Notes: generated from the sequence alone by a model not told the origin. 64,000 nt of DNA from an uncultured delta proteobacterium (GCA_963840855.1 CAWJBB010000061.1:96001-160000), one strand, 5' to 3'. Shown: positions 9,745-22,717, counted from the stretch's first letter. Numbers and translations are program-made.

Positions 9745-11541
9745 ATGCAACGATTGATTGTATGCGCTACGCGCGCAACGGTTTTGCTGTTTGTGCTCTG
9801 CGCCGGAGCGCTCGCGCAGGACTCGCGCGCCAACGATCCCGCCAAGACCATTCGCGAACTATTCGCCGCGGAGTGGGACTACCAAATGGAGCAACATCCA
9901 ACCTGGGCTTCTAGTTTGGGGGACCGGCGCTGGAACGACCGTTGGAGCGATATCAGTCTAGAGTGCGATATTCAAACGGCATGATCACGATATCGAGACA
10001 TTGGCCAAACTAACGAAGATCGATCGCGCCGCGCTAACGCCCGTGGATCAATTGAACTACGACCTGTTTAAGAGAAATTACGAAAACGAGATCGAGGGTT
10101 TTCAATATCGCTGGTATCTGCTGCCGCTCAATCAGCTTGACGGCGTACACACGGTAAATCAGGCTGGCCGACGCGCTACGTTTCGAAACTCTCAAAGACT
10201 ACGAGGACTGGCTCGCGCGGCTAAGGGCGCTTCCCCGCCGCATCGATCAGACTCATGCTGATGCGCGCGGGGATCAAGGAAGGAATAATTCATCCGAAGA
10301 TCGTCTTGCAGCGAGTTCCAGCCCAGATCGATCATCAAATCAGTCAGCGATCCGAAAGCGAGTCCGCTCTACAAACCCTTCACAAAATTTTCGTCGTCGA
10401 TCACGGAAGCGGACCAAGCCCGTCTCGCTAAGGCCGCGGAAGAGACAATCGCTACTGCCGTAGTTCCGGCTTATCGTAAGTTAAAAGAATTCATCATCAG
10501 CGACTACTTGCCGGCGGCATGGGAACAAGTTGGACTATGGCAGTTTCCCAATGGCGCGGCGATGTACGCCTATTCCACACGCGACAACACAACCACCGAT
10601 CTAACGCCGCAGGAAATTCACGAGATCGGTTTAAAAGAGGTCAAAGCGCATCCGCGCGGAGATGCAGGCATCATCGACAAATTGGGCTTTCGAGGTTCTT
10701 TTGCCGAATTCGCGAAGTTTCTACGAAGCGATCCAAAATTTTATTTCAAAAGCGAAAATGAGTTACTCGAAGCTTATCGCGCGTTGAGCCGGCGCATCGA
10801 TCCATTGTTGGTTAAGATTTTTCGCACCCTGCCGCGCATGCCATACGGCATCGAGCCTGTGCCGGCGAATATCGCGCCCGACAGCCCCGTTGGACTTTAT
10901 CGCGGCCCGCCGCAGACGGTTCCCGCGCCGGCATAATCAACGTGAACACTTACAAACCCGAGATCAGACCGAAGTACGAAATGATGGCGCTGTCGCTGCA
11001 CGAGGGCGTGCCCGGACACCACCTGCAGATCGCTATCGCCATGGAGCAGCAAGGCATCCCCAACTTTCGGCGCTACGGCGGCTACACAGCGTTCATCGAA
11101 GGCTGGGGACTCTACGCCGAGTCGCTTGGCGACGAGATGGGTCTTTACGACGATCCGTATTCGAAGTTCGGCCAGCTCATGTACGAAATCTGGCGCGCCA
11201 GCCGGCTAGTCGTCGACACCGGCATGCACTATCTACGTTGGGACCGGCAGAAAGCCATCGACTTCATGGTGGAAAACACCGTGAAGCAGGAACTGGAAGT
11301 GGCCGCTGAAATCGACCGCTACATCGTCTGGCCGGGCCAGGCACTCGCTTACAAGATCGGCCAGCTCAAGATCTCCGAGCTCCGCGCCAAAGCGAAACAA
11401 ACACTCGGCGACAAATTTGACATCCGCGACTTCCACGACGAATTGCTCAAGGACGGCGCACTGCCGCTGGACCAGTTGGAAATAAAGATGAATGCATGGA
11501 TCGCCAAGTCAGAAGAAGTAAGCAAAAACTGTGGAATCTAA
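9745..11541 (+). CDS. DUF885 family protein, split by several indels
   Basis: Fragments 9745-9984, 10001-10261, 10508-10936 and 10942-11541 carry DUF885 motifs ([39 protein letters not shown]). Confidence 0.85.
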
Positions 11542-11556
11542 TTGGGATAGGAACAT

Positions 11557-13485
11557 ATGGTAACTCCAATCGTATCCCCTTACGGCTCATGGAAATCGCC
11601 GATCACCGCCGATTTGGTCGCCGGCGGCGAGATCGGGCTTGAGCAAATCCGGATCGACGGCGATGATATTTATTGGATCGAGCGGCGCGCTCACGAAGGC
11701 GGGAGGAAAGTCATCGTCCGACGCTCGGCGGACGGAACGGTGATGGATGTTACGCCGGCAGGATTCAACGCGCGAACGCGAGTGCACGAATACGGCGGCG
11801 GCGACTACGCGGTTTCGAACGGACCATTGTTTTTTCCAATTTCACCGATCAACGTCTTTACCTCCAAGAACGCGGTTCCGAACCGCAACCTCTGACCCCG
11901 CCGCTGCGCTGCGTTACGCCGACGGGCAATTCGATTGCCGAAGAAATCTTTTCTTCTGCGTGCGCGAGGATCATTCCGGTCAAGGCGAAGCCGTCAATAC
12001 TATCGTCCGCATCGATCTCAACGGCGGCGACGCCGGCACAATCGTGGTTTCAGGAAACGATTTCTATTCCTCGCCGCGTCTGAGTCCCGACGGCTCGCGG
12101 CTAGCATGGCTCACATGGAATCATCCCAACATGCCGTGGGACGGCACGGAGCTTTGGGTCGGCAAACTGAGCGAAGACGGATCGGTGACCGAGAAAGACA
12201 AAATCGCCGGCGGCGTAAATGAATCGATTTTTCAGCCGCAGTGGTCGCCGGATGGCACGCTCTATTTTGTTTCCGACCGCACCGGCTGGTGGAATCTTTA
12301 CCGATGGCGAGAAAATCAAGTCGAGCCGCTGTGTCCGATGGAAGCCGAGTTCGGCCAGCCGCAGTGGGTATTCGGCGGCTGCGCTTTACGGCTTCGCATC
12401 CGAAACGACGAATCGTCTGCAGCTACAGCCAGAACGGCCGGGATTACCTCGCCGCGCTCGACACGGCGACGAGAACGCTGGGCACATCGAACTTCCCTAT
12501 TCGGCCGATTTCCCAAGTTCGCGTCGCTGGTGACCGCGTGGTTTTCATCGGCGCGTCTGCGATGGAGACTAGCGCCATCGTCTCGTTGGATCTGGCCACG
12601 AAAAATCTCGAAGTGTTGCGAAGATCACGAGAAACAGCCGTCGATGCCGGATATCTCTCCGAAGCGCGAGCCATCGAGTTCCCCACCGAACAGGGCCTAA
12701 CAGCGCATGGATATTTCTATCCGCCGCGCAATCGCGATTACGCCGCGCCGGCGAATGAAAAACCGCCGCTGTTGGTCATGAGCCATGGCGGACCGACCTC
12801 GTCGAGCTCCGGCTCACTAAAATATTCGATTCAATACTGGACCAGCCGCGGCATCGCCGTCCTCGATGTGAATTACGGCGGCAGCTCCGGTTACGGACGC
12901 GCCTATCGCGAACGATTGAACGGCAACTGGGGCATCGTCGATGTCGATGACTGCATCAATGGCGCCCGCTATCTTGTCGAAATCGGCGAAGCCGATGGCA
13001 ACCGCCTGGCAATTCGCGGCGGCAGCGCCGGCGGTTATACGACGCTCTGCGCGCTCACGTTCCGTAACGCATTCAAAGCCGGAGCCAGCCATTACGGCAT
13101 CAGCGACTTGGAGGCACTCGCCAGGGACACGCACAAGTTCGAGTCGCGCTATCTCGACCGCTTGATCGGTCCATATCCTGAACGGCGCGATCTATACATC
13201 GAACGCTCGCCGATTCACTTCACCGATCGGTTAAATTGTCCGATGATTATGTTTCAGGGACTGGAGGACAAAGTCGTTCCGCCCAATCAGGCCGAAAAGA
13301 TGGTCGAAGCCGTGCGCGCAAAAAAGTTGCCCGTGGCCTATCTCACCTTCGAAGGCGAGCAGCACGGCTTTCGCAAAGCGGAAAACATCAAGCGTGTTCT
13401 CGAAGCGGAGCTTTATTTCTACTCGAAAGTATTCGGCTTTGAACTGGCTGATCCGGTCGTGCCGGTAGAGATCGAGAACCTGTAG
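11557..13485 (+). CDS. S9 family peptidase (acylaminoacyl-peptidase-like), frameshifted
   Basis: [12 protein letters not shown]-terminus, [28 protein letters not shown] across three overlapping ORFs. Confidence 0.9.
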
Positions 13486-13710
13486 ACAGAAAATCCGTTA
13501 ACCACACGATGTCATCGTCCTAATGAATAGAGTGATCTATAACGCGCGCTGCAGCCACTCCCTCGAGCGGGCATTCAAACCGCGCGAGTTCCTATTTTGT
13601 ATTCCTTCTTTTTTTCACAATTAGCCGGAAAAAACACCTAGTCCACATTGGTTGTGGGACGGGTATGACACGCTTATGTGGAGGGAGTCGGTTAACAGGC
13701 TCCCAAACAA

Positions 13711-14415
13711 ATGAAGTTCGACGCTGTCATTTTCGATCTATTCGGGACATTGGTGGGCGACTTTGTGTCGTCAGCCGGTCAAATGAATGCCGAACTGGCT
13801 GCGGCTCTTGAAGTACCCTATGAACCGTTCATGCGCCTCTGGAGAGAAACGACGGAGATGCGCACGAACGGCGCCTTTCAGACTGTGGAAGCCAGTATAG
13901 AATATGTTTGCGTTGCCATGGGTGCGCAGATAACGGCTGAACAGTTGTCGAAGGCGGTTGAGATTCGTTTGCGGCATACAAGGCGAGCTCTCGAGCCCAA
14001 ACCGGACGCCGTTGCGACGCTCGCGCGACTAAAACACGAGGGATACAAATTAGGATTGCTCAGTAATTGTTCAATCGAGATTTCTATTCTCTGGCAAGAG
14101 ACAGTTTTTGCCAATTTAATTGATTACCCCATCTTCTCCTGCCGAGAACGTTTGAAGAAACCGGACCCTCGTATCTATCATCTCGCCTGTGAGCGCCTCG
14201 GCGTCGAACCCGGGGACTGTATCTACGTTGCTGACGGCGAAAACTACGAATTGACGGCGGCGGCCGAAGTCGGCATGCATCCCGTGTTGATTCGAACATC
14301 CTCACAGGAAACCCGTGGCGAGGTGCTGCGAGAAGCCAGAGAATGGCAGGGAGATACTGTTTCTTCGTTGCCGGAAGTTCTAAGACTAATCGACATCACG
14401 AGTAACCCATCATGA
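13711..14415 (+). CDS. HAD family hydrolase
   Basis: FDLFGTL motif I, LLSN, KKPDPRIY, YVADG. Confidence 0.85.
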   Translation: MKFDAVIFDLFGTLVGDFVSSAGQMNAELAAALEVPYEPFMRLWRETTEMRTNGAFQTVEASIEYVCVAMGAQITAEQLSKAVEIRLRHTRRALEPKPDAVATLARLKHEGYKLGLLSNCSIEISILWQETVFANLIDYPIFSCRERLKKPDPRIYHLACERLGVEPGDCIYVADGENYELTAAAEVGMHPVLIRTSSQETRGEVLREAREWQGDTVSSLPEVLRLIDITSNPS

Positions 14416-14478
14416 ACTACAGGCAGCGACACGTATGGGAATTCACCTTGTTCAGTATCTGCCAAACTCGTTGATCAA

Positions 14479-15018
14479 ATGAGAAGTGTGATATCGCGTG
14501 TTGTTGTCATCTGCCCAGGTAACCGCAAGACCAGCTCCTGGTCTCTCGCCGACGCATTGAGTTGTCCTCATGTCGAACTTGACGCACTCCACTGGCAACC
14601 GAACTGGGTCCCGAGGGCAGCGGCCGAATTTCGCGCGCTCACAGCGCAGGCCCTCTCCCAGGATTGCTGGGTAACAGACGGGAACTACGGTGTCGTCCGC
14701 GATCTCGTGTGGTCGCGAGCCACGACTGTGATCTGGCTCAACTACGCTTTTCGATTGGTCCTGTGGCGCGCCCTGGCGCGCACAGTGCGACGCGTGTTGA
14801 CGCGAGAAGAGCTTTTCTCGGGCAACCGTGAATCGTTGCGCATGGCTTTTTTCAGCCGTGAGTCGATTCTTTGGTGGGTCGTTACCACCTTTAATCGATG
14901 TCGGAAGCAGTACCGTGAGTTATTTGACAAGAAAATATTTCCCCAGCGTTCCTACATCGAATTTCGGAAACCATCCGAGGCTGAGAGTTTTCTCGAGAGA
15001 CTCAAGACTGGAACCTGA
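14479..15018 (+). CDS. Adenylate kinase/topology-modulation-like P-loop protein with degenerate Walker A
   Basis: HVELDALHWQPNW, WVTDGNY, VIWLNY, GNRES; the P-loop reads CPGNRKTS. Confidence 0.7.
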   Translation: MRSVISRVVVICPGNRKTSSWSLADALSCPHVELDALHWQPNWVPRAAAEFRALTAQALSQDCWVTDGNYGVVRDLVWSRATTVIWLNYAFRLVLWRALARTVRRVLTREELFSGNRESLRMAFFSRESILWWVVTTFNRCRKQYRELFDKKIFPQRSYIEFRKPSEAESFLERLKTGT

Positions 15019-15102
15019 CGCTAACCGAGCGAACAGCTGGCAACGTGAGCTTCTAGCGAACGCGGCATCTATCAGACCGGCTACTACACTAAGGAGTATC
15101 CT

Positions 15103-15480
15103 ATGACAACTACAACAGCTGTGTCACTTTGCAGTGCCGCAACCCTGTTTGTCGTAAAGGATGTTCTGCAAAGCGTCGAGCATTACCGTGATGTCCTCGG
15201 ATTTCGCACCGAGTTCACCTACGGCGAACCGACTTTCTACGCGGGGGTTGAACGGGACGCGGTCGTCATTCATCTCCAAGCCGCTGACCGCACCGAACGG
15301 CTGCCCGGACATGGCGCGGTTAACGTCTTCGTAACCGACGTAGACGCCCTGTTTCATGAGCTCAAATCGCGGGGCGCCAAAATCCTGAGTGAGCCGAAGG
15401 ACTACCCGTACGGCATGCGCGACTTCGACATCAATGACCTTGACGGCAACCAGCTTTGCTTCGGGATGGAGTCGAAGTGA
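15103..15480 (+). CDS. VOC/glyoxalase/bleomycin-resistance family protein
   Basis: HYRDVLGF...VTDVDALF...PYGMRDFDINDLDGNQLCFG. Confidence 0.85.
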   Translation: MTTTTAVSLCSAATLFVVKDVLQSVEHYRDVLGFRTEFTYGEPTFYAGVERDAVVIHLQAADRTERLPGHGAVNVFVTDVDALFHELKSRGAKILSEPKDYPYGMRDFDINDLDGNQLCFGMESK

Positions 15481-15513
15481 CCTAGAGGGGCAGTCGAGAG
15501 GCTAACGAAAACG

Positions 15514-15957
15514 ATGTCGAACGTTATAAAATTGCACGATGCGGTTAAACGGGGCGACCTCGGCAGCATCAAGGCGCTGGTTGAAGAGAACCGGGACTTA
15601 GCGAACTCGCGGAGCGAGACGGATGCCAGAGGCACCTATCCGCTTCATGTCGCGGCTGAGTTCGGCCAACCGGGCGCAGCTCGGGCGCTTTTGAAATACG
15701 GGGCCGATGTGTCGCTTTTGGATTCGGAGAACGAGGCTATCGCCCTTGGTTGGGCGGCGTTTTTCGGCCGTCCTGAAGTTGTGGCTGTCTTGCTCGAAGC
15801 CGGGTCGGAGCCGAGCCAACGCAACAAGCACGGCCTTACACCGCTCGGCTGCGCCGTGGGAGGGACGCAGGGAAGATGGAAGCAGTTTTCCAACGCGACG
15901 GTAGAAGAGTGGCAGCGTGCCGCCGAGATCATCCGTTCATATGGCGGCGTGGAGTGA
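15514..15957 (+). CDS. Ankyrin repeat protein
   Basis: LHDAVKRGD, YPLHVAAEFG, ALGWAAFFG, GLTPLGCA repeats. Confidence 0.9.
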   Translation: MSNVIKLHDAVKRGDLGSIKALVEENRDLANSRSETDARGTYPLHVAAEFGQPGAARALLKYGADVSLLDSENEAIALGWAAFFGRPEVVAVLLEAGSEPSQRNKHGLTPLGCAVGGTQGRWKQFSNATVEEWQRAAEIIRSYGGVE

Positions 15958-16106
15958 TATCTCTCTCCCGGCGGTGTCGCGACGACGTGACAATCTTGTC
16001 CGAGCAGTTTTCGTGACCGTATAGAGATCTACAAGAAACTTGGTTTCAAGGAGACTGAACGGCGGCTTGAGAAAGGGTACCATCGGGTCTACATGCAAAA
16101 GACAGT

Positions 16107-16229
16107 CTAGCAGGTACTTCATGCTTCGAGAGCCTAAGCATAAACAGAATTTTCGCAATATTTCAAAGCCTCCTCCGTTCGTCCTGAGCTCGTCGAAGGA
16201 TTCCTAGGGAGTTTTTCAGCAGCCTACTA
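16107..16229. repeat. Degenerate MITE/REP-like palindromic element
   Basis: CTTCATGCTTCGAGAGCC...CCGTTCGTCCTGAGCTCGTCGAAGGA...TTTTTCAGCAGCCT; matches the element at 31564-31756. Confidence 0.6.
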
Positions 16230-16307
16230 TATAAGAAATAGAACAGGATTGGTCATTCGCGTCTCTACTGCTTGCGTCTCCTGTGATTACCGGTAGATAG
16301 GCAAATC

Positions 16308-16992
16308 ATGAATATGAGGCGTATTCGCCATCGGGTTGTAGTTTTTTCGAATGGCCTATTCATTGGAGCCACGGTTTTTACTTCTGCGCCAGTCGGCGCC
16401 CTCGATCCAAAAACTTGGCAGGCTTCAATCAATTCGCAGACTGGGGAAAGATACATTCCGGTTGAGCTTTGGGCCGGAGCGGATTGGGACGGAAAGAAAG
16501 AACTGAAGATGCCGCCGGTGGATGCTACGTACAGGCATCGGAGGGCCCAATACGAGATAAAAGGGCCTACGGAATGGACTCACCCTGTGACTGGCCACCC
16601 CTTCGTCGTCTACGAGCGAATAAATCCCGGCAGAGACGGCATTAAATTGCAACGATTCACGATTAACCAGGAGAAAAGCGGGCTCGGCCGCGTCTATGAC
16701 GCCAGGCCAGGACTGGGGACACGAATGTTTTCGGGAGGGCTCAAGTTTCCATTAGGGTTTTGGAAAGAAGGCGAGACGAGAAAATTTCTATACAAGCACT
16801 ATGAAAGCTCCAGGGTTGCCGATCGCGCGGAATCCATCACCATCAAACAAATAAACTTTCAATTTCAACAAAGCCCCCATTGCTTGGAGTTCTGCATGGA
16901 CGACACCCGATAGAGAAGAAAAGCGAATCTACGATCACCAGACTTATATCTATTGCCCCGGCCAAAGCATGGTGAGCCAGATTCAACATTGA
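16308..16992 (+). CDS. Hypothetical secreted protein (probable indel near 16895)
   Basis: 201-aa ORF with signal-like N-terminus; an alternate frame continues WTTPDREEKRIYDHQTYIYCPGQSMVSQIQH to TGA 16992. Confidence 0.6.
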
Positions 16993-17139
16993 GGCTTCGG
17001 TTTCACCATAATCAGAGCATCATTACCAAATTCAGTTTTGAGCGTGCCCGGAAACTGAGTGAGTCAGTCATTCAGTTACCAATAAGCGGCTAAGCTCACA
17101 TGGCTCACTGAAAGCGTTCGCAGGAAAATCGTCGAGCTT

Positions 17140-17213
17140 GCCGGGATTGGCCGCTACATCGTCGCGGAAAAGAATGGCCGGGTTGTCGGCCGATAAATGA
17201 TCACGTAGGAGTA
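17140..17213 (+). pseudogene. Remnant of a GNAT acetyltransferase
   Basis: GRYIVAEKNGRVVGR*MIT* resembles the GNAT motif Y-x-VAE-x-x-G-x-VVG-x-LMITYEW, with in-frame stops. Confidence 0.4.
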
Positions 17214-17223
17214 ATCACGAAGA

Positions 17224-18396
<1,173 letters not shown>

Positions 18397-18524
18397 ATAT
18401 GAATCGTGGTGCGTGATTCGTGCTCGTGCTCGTCTCATGGTGCTTCGGGCTCTTTACACGGACACGAGCCACGAGCACGTTTATGCTACCCGTAACCGGT
18501 TGAGCGCCAAGGAAAGCCCGAGCT

Positions 18525-19697
18525 ATGCACAAACAGCTGACTAATTTTCTCCTGAAAGGCGGCCAACTGCTCGATCCTGCGAATGGCAAAGACGGTCTAT
18601 TCGACATTCGCGTCACCGACGGCGTCGTCGATGCCATCGCGCCGAATCTCGAACCCGACGGCGCCGCCGTGATAGATGTCAAGAACCTTATTGTGACGCC
18701 GGGCTTGATCGATGTTCATCTTCACTTGATGAAAGGCCTTGGCGCATTCGGTGTTGACCCCGATATTTTCGGCGTTGGCTCTGGCGTCACAACGGTGGTC
18801 GACGCGGGCAGCGCGGGACATACACTCCTAAATGTCTTTCGCAATTACATCACCAACAACGCCAAGACGCGGGTGTTCAACTACATCAATCTCTCAACTC
18901 TGGGCGGCGTAACCGGCCCGGGCTTCAGCATTCTAGCCGACCCGCGGCTAATCGACGAAGAGAAGATCGCCAATGCCGTTGAAGCCAACCGCGACATTAT
19001 CGTCGGCATCAAGATCATGGCGACGGGAGGCGCGCTTGGCGCGCAGGGACTGAAGCCCCTCGAACGCGCGCGCAAGCTCGGCGATGAGCTAAAAATTCCC
19101 CTATTGGTTCACATCGGCGAGAGCTGGACCAAAGGTACCGAACCGGTGGCGGTCGGCGACGTGCTGAAGTATTTAAATCCCGGCGACATCATCACGCATA
19201 TGTTCACGGCGCATCCCGGCGGCCTACTTGATACCAACGGAAAACTCTGGCCGCAGGTACGCGACGCCAAAGAAACAGGCGTGCTGATGGACGTGGGTCA
19301 TGGCCTGCATAACCTTAACTTCGATGTTGCGCGCAAAGTGCTCGATCAGGGCTTGCAGCCCGACGGCGTTTCCACGGATGGCCACCGCGGAAATCGCGCA
19401 GGACCGGTGTACGACTTGCCGACTACGATGGCGAAACTTATGGCGCTGGGATTCTCGTTGAATCAGGTGGTCGGGATGGCGACGGTGAACGCCGCTCGAC
19501 TGCTGGGTCGCGGCGATGAAATGGGAACCTTACGCATACGTCAGCCTGCCGAGATTTCGGTTTTGCGTCTTACCGATCGAGAATGGACCGCGATCGATTC
19601 ACAGAAGGGAACGATACCGGCTAGGCAGGCATTGGCGCCGGTATACGCCATTCGCGGCGATACCATTTACGAATCCTTACCGGTTCAACGGCCGTAA
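18525..19697 (+). CDS. Amidohydrolase/deacetylase family metallohydrolase (dihydroorotase-like)
   Basis: PGLIDVHLH, GVTTVVDAGSAG, GDIITH, DVGHG, STD. Confidence 0.85.
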   Translation: MHKQLTNFLLKGGQLLDPANGKDGLFDIRVTDGVVDAIAPNLEPDGAAVIDVKNLIVTPGLIDVHLHLMKGLGAFGVDPDIFGVGSGVTTVVDAGSAGHTLLNVFRNYITNNAKTRVFNYINLSTLGGVTGPGFSILADPRLIDEEKIANAVEANRDIIVGIKIMATGGALGAQGLKPLERARKLGDELKIPLLVHIGESWTKGTEPVAVGDVLKYLNPGDIITHMFTAHPGGLLDTNGKLWPQVRDAKETGVLMDVGHGLHNLNFDVARKVLDQGLQPDGVSTDGHRGNRAGPVYDLPTTMAKLMALGFSLNQVVGMATVNAARLLGRGDEMGTLRIRQPAEISVLRLTDREWTAIDSQKGTIPARQALAPVYAIRGDTIYESLPVQRP

Positions 19698-19703
19698 GAC
19701 CGC

Positions 19704-19728
19704 GTAGGGGCCGGTCGCGACCGGCCTT
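19704..19728. repeat. GTAG-type REP palindrome
   Basis: GTAGGGGCCGGTCGCGACCGGCCTT between convergent genes; sibling at 29311. Confidence 0.65.
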
Positions 19729-19729
19729 C

Positions 19730-21184
19730 TTATCGTCTTCTTCGAGTGGTCGTAGTCCCAAACAGCGACCCCAAAGCACCGCGAATGATCTCTCGGCCAA
19801 CTTGACTGCCGATCGCACGCGCGGCACTGGTACCGAGCGCTCCTAATAGTTTTCCTGCCTCGTTCTGCCACCCGCTGTCCTGTCGACCCGCGGTCTGTTC
19901 TACCTGTGGCGCGCGCGCCTGGAGCATCTCATACGCCGACTCCCGGTCCAGCGCCTTTTCGTAATGGCCGGCGACCGTAGATTGCTTAATGACCTGCTCT
20001 CGTTCAGCGCCGCTTAGCGGCGGCAATTGGCTCTGCGGTGGATAGATCAATGCACGGTCAACCATGTTCGGCTGCCCTTTGTCGTTGAGAAAGGAAACCA
20101 GCGCCTCGCCGACGCCAAGTTCGGTAATAACCGTTACAACGTCGATGTCCTTGCTCTGGCGAAAAGTCTGCGCCGCCGCTTTGACCGCCTTCTGATCTCG
20201 CGGTGTAAACGCTCGCAGCGCATGCTGCACGCGGTTCCCCAACTGGCCAAGCACGACATCGGGAATGTCCAGTGGATTCTGTGTGACGAAATAGACGCCC
20301 ACGCCTTTTGACCGAATCAAGCGGATAACCTGCTCGATTTTTTCCAGCAAAACCTTGGGGGCGTCGTTGAACAGCAAGTGCGCTTCGTCGAAAAAGAAAA
20401 CTAGCTTGGGCTTCTCGGGATCGCCCACCTCCGGCAAGCGCTCGAACAACTCGGATAACAGCCAAAGCAGAAACGTGGCATAAAGGTGCGGCGCATTGAT
20501 GAGCTTGTCGGCGGCAAGAATGTTGATCACGCCGCGGCCTGAACTATCGGTCTGCATCAGATCGTCGAGATCCAATGCAGGCTCGCCGAAAAATCGCTCG
20601 CCGTCCTGCCCTTCGAGCTTCAACAACGCCCGCTGAATCGCGCCGATGCTGGCTGGCGACACGTTGCCATATTTGGTTTTGAACTGCGCCACGTTATCAC
20701 CCACATACTGCAACATGGCACGCAGGTCCTTCAGATCGAGAAGCAACATGCCGTTGTCGTCGGCGACCTTGAATACGAGATTCAATACGCCGGCTTGCGT
20801 CTCATTGAGATCAAGCACACGCGGTAGCAAGAGCGGACCCATTTCGGAAATGGTCGTACGCACGGGATGGCCTTGTTGCCCATAGACATCCCAGAACGTC
20901 ACCGGGTAGCCGGCGAATGTAAAATCTTCGATGCCGAGTTGCGCCACGCGCTCGCTGATCTTTGGGTTTTCTTGCCCGGGTCCGGCAATACCCGACACGT
21001 CGCCTTTAACGTCGGCCATAAAAACCGGCACTCCGATACGGCTGAAACTTTCCGCGATCACCCGTAGCGTAACCGTCTTGCCCGTGCCGGTGGCGCCGGC
21101 AATTAGCCCATGCCGATTGGCCATGCGCGGCAGTATACCCTGGGTCTGGCGGCCTTTTGCGATTGGAAGTTCTTCGGTCATCAT
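19730..21184 (-). CDS. Helicase HerA-like ATPase, DUF853/YjgR family
   Basis: [39 protein letters not shown]. Confidence 0.92.
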   Translation of the reverse strand: MMTEELPIAKGRQTQGILPRMANRHGLIAGATGTGKTVTLRVIAESFSRIGVPVFMADVKGDVSGIAGPGQENPKISERVAQLGIEDFTFAGYPVTFWDVYGQQGHPVRTTISEMGPLLLPRVLDLNETQAGVLNLVFKVADDNGMLLLDLKDLRAMLQYVGDNVAQFKTKYGNVSPASIGAIQRALLKLEGQDGERFFGEPALDLDDLMQTDSSGRGVINILAADKLINAPHLYATFLLWLLSELFERLPEVGDPEKPKLVFFFDEAHLLFNDAPKVLLEKIEQVIRLIRSKGVGVYFVTQNPLDIPDVVLGQLGNRVQHALRAFTPRDQKAVKAAAQTFRQSKDIDVVTVITELGVGEALVSFLNDKGQPNMVDRALIYPPQSQLPPLSGAEREQVIKQSTVAGHYEKALDRESAYEMLQARAPQVEQTAGRQDSGWQNEAGKLLGALGTSAARAIGSQVGREIIRGALGSLFGTTTTRRRR

Positions 21185-21356
21185 TTTTGCTCCTTTGCAG
21201 CACTACCCGGCGGCGCTGCCCTATAGAACCTATTTGTAAACTACCTGGGGGATGAATTAAAGATTCTCAGGGGCGTCTAAACGTTCAGTAAGGCACTCAA
21301 TGCGCCACGTGGCGGGTGGCGTGTTTGGGACGAAATACCAACAAGGAGGATTTGTC

Positions 21357-21683
21357 ATGAAACGAGTTTTGGGAATCTTGTTTGCGGCCATGTTGATGGC
21401 CTCTGCGGCAATCGCCGCCGGTCCGAAGGATTACCAGGTAACAGGGCCTGTTTTGGACGTCAACGACGACATGATCATCGTTGAGAAAGGTAAGGAGAAA
21501 TGGGAAATCGGACGCAACAAAGACACTACGGTCAAAGGCGATCTGAAGAAAGGCTCCAAGGTCACCGTCCACTATAAAATGACCGCAACGAGTGTCGAAT
21601 CGAAGGACGCTCCCCAAACAAAAGCCAAAGTCGAAACTAAAACTGATACTAAAGCTAAGACCGACGCCAAGACCACCAAATAA
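21357..21683 (+). CDS. Small secreted OB-fold-like hypothetical protein with Lys/Thr-rich tail
   Basis: AGGAGG RBS, signal peptide, YQVTGPVLDV...YKMTATSVE. Confidence 0.75.
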   Translation: MKRVLGILFAAMLMASAAIAAGPKDYQVTGPVLDVNDDMIIVEKGKEKWEIGRNKDTTVKGDLKKGSKVTVHYKMTATSVESKDAPQTKAKVETKTDTKAKTDAKTTK

Positions 21684-21704
21684 CTGCCCCATCCTTCCTT
21701 GGAA

Positions 21705-21868
21705 CTGCCCCACCAGTTTCCCGGAGCGGGCCGGATAACCGGCCCGCTTTTTGTTCTGACTCGGGTACCACGCGTCTGTGTGGGGGAATCTCTGTAACTG
21801 CCAGACTCCCAAATACAATGCCGAATTGATGCCCACCGGGTGCCTTCCCCGGCCCCACGCGGGGGCAG
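21705..21868 (-). ncRNA. Candidate structured RNA (6S-like long hairpin)
   Basis: Nested pairings on the minus strand: CTGCCCC/GGGGCAG, CCGGGG/CTCCGG, ATTCGG/CCGAGT, GGGAGTCT/AGATTCCC; the wobble pairs are G-U only on the minus strand. Confidence 0.35.
21724..21751 (+). terminator. Rho-independent terminator
   Basis: AGCGGGCCGG-ATAA-CCGGCCCGCT followed by a T-run. Confidence 0.7.
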
Positions 21869-21979
21869 AATACTGATTGGTTTCTTTTTGAATGAATTGT
21901 CTCAAAATTGAAGAGTTGTTTTGAAGCGCGGAATTGTATATTTATAAGAGATTGATTCAAGCGAGGGATTACGCCCACG

Positions 21980-22699
21980 ATGTCACGCGCGGAAATCATA
22001 GTCGTCCACAGCTCGGACTTACATCTCGGTACCGATGACAGCTTCAGCAATACCGACCGCCTGGCGGTGCTTCCGAAGGTGCTGAGAGCCGCGTCCGCGA
22101 TGAACGCCAATGTCGTCCTTTTAGCCGGCGATTCCTTTGACAATCACCGCCAACCGGAGCAGCTCTTGGAGCGTGCCGCCCAGATATTGCGCGATTACGC
22201 AAAACCAGTCGTTATCCTGCCGGGAAATCATGATCCGCTGACGCCCGACTCCGTATACCGGCGCGGGGGCCTGGCGCGCGTTCCCAATGTTAGTATCCTC
22301 GGTCTCAACGCGGACGAAACGGTGACCTTCAGCGAATTGGACTTGGGCATCTGGGGCAAGGCCCATGTCGACTACACCGACATGTCACCTCTCGCAAACC
22401 CCGGGGAGCGGGTGATGCGCTGGCATATCGCCGCGGCCCACGGTCATTACGTCGATGAAATTCGCGATCCCAATCGCCTGATCGGTTCCTGGCTGATCCA
22501 CCGCGAGGAGCTATACGCCACAGACGCCGACTACGTCGCCCTCGGCCACTGGAACCAGGCAACGCAGGTGGGCGATGAAAAAAGTAACGCTTACTATTCG
22601 GGTTCGCCGGAATACACCGGCACGGTCAATATCGTCAAGATGCGCGATAACGGACAGATCGAAGTCTATCAGAGTCCTCTGAACGGCCCATCCAAATAG
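21980..22699 (+). CDS. Metallophosphoesterase (SbcD/Mre11-like nuclease domain)
   Basis: HSSDLHLG, AGDSFD, PGNHD, AHG, YVALGHW, YSGSPE. Confidence 0.85.
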   Translation: MSRAEIIVVHSSDLHLGTDDSFSNTDRLAVLPKVLRAASAMNANVVLLAGDSFDNHRQPEQLLERAAQILRDYAKPVVILPGNHDPLTPDSVYRRGGLARVPNVSILGLNADETVTFSELDLGIWGKAHVDYTDMSPLANPGERVMRWHIAAAHGHYVDEIRDPNRLIGSWLIHREELYATDADYVALGHWNQATQVGDEKSNAYYSGSPEYTGTVNIVKMRDNGQIEVYQSPLNGPSK

Positions 22700-22717
22700 A
22701 AAGCAATCCAGTCACGC

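Noticed and set aside
8575-13485. Multiple frameshifts in the amidohydrolase, DUF885 and S9 peptidase genes as programmed recoding or pseudogenes
   Set aside because: Single-base indels are scattered across many unrelated genes with otherwise intact motifs; long-read assembly error is the simplest explanation.
19730-22699. HerA + nuclease anti-phage system
   Set aside because: The ATPase is the widespread DUF853/YjgR type, on the opposite strand and separated from the metallophosphoesterase by another gene.
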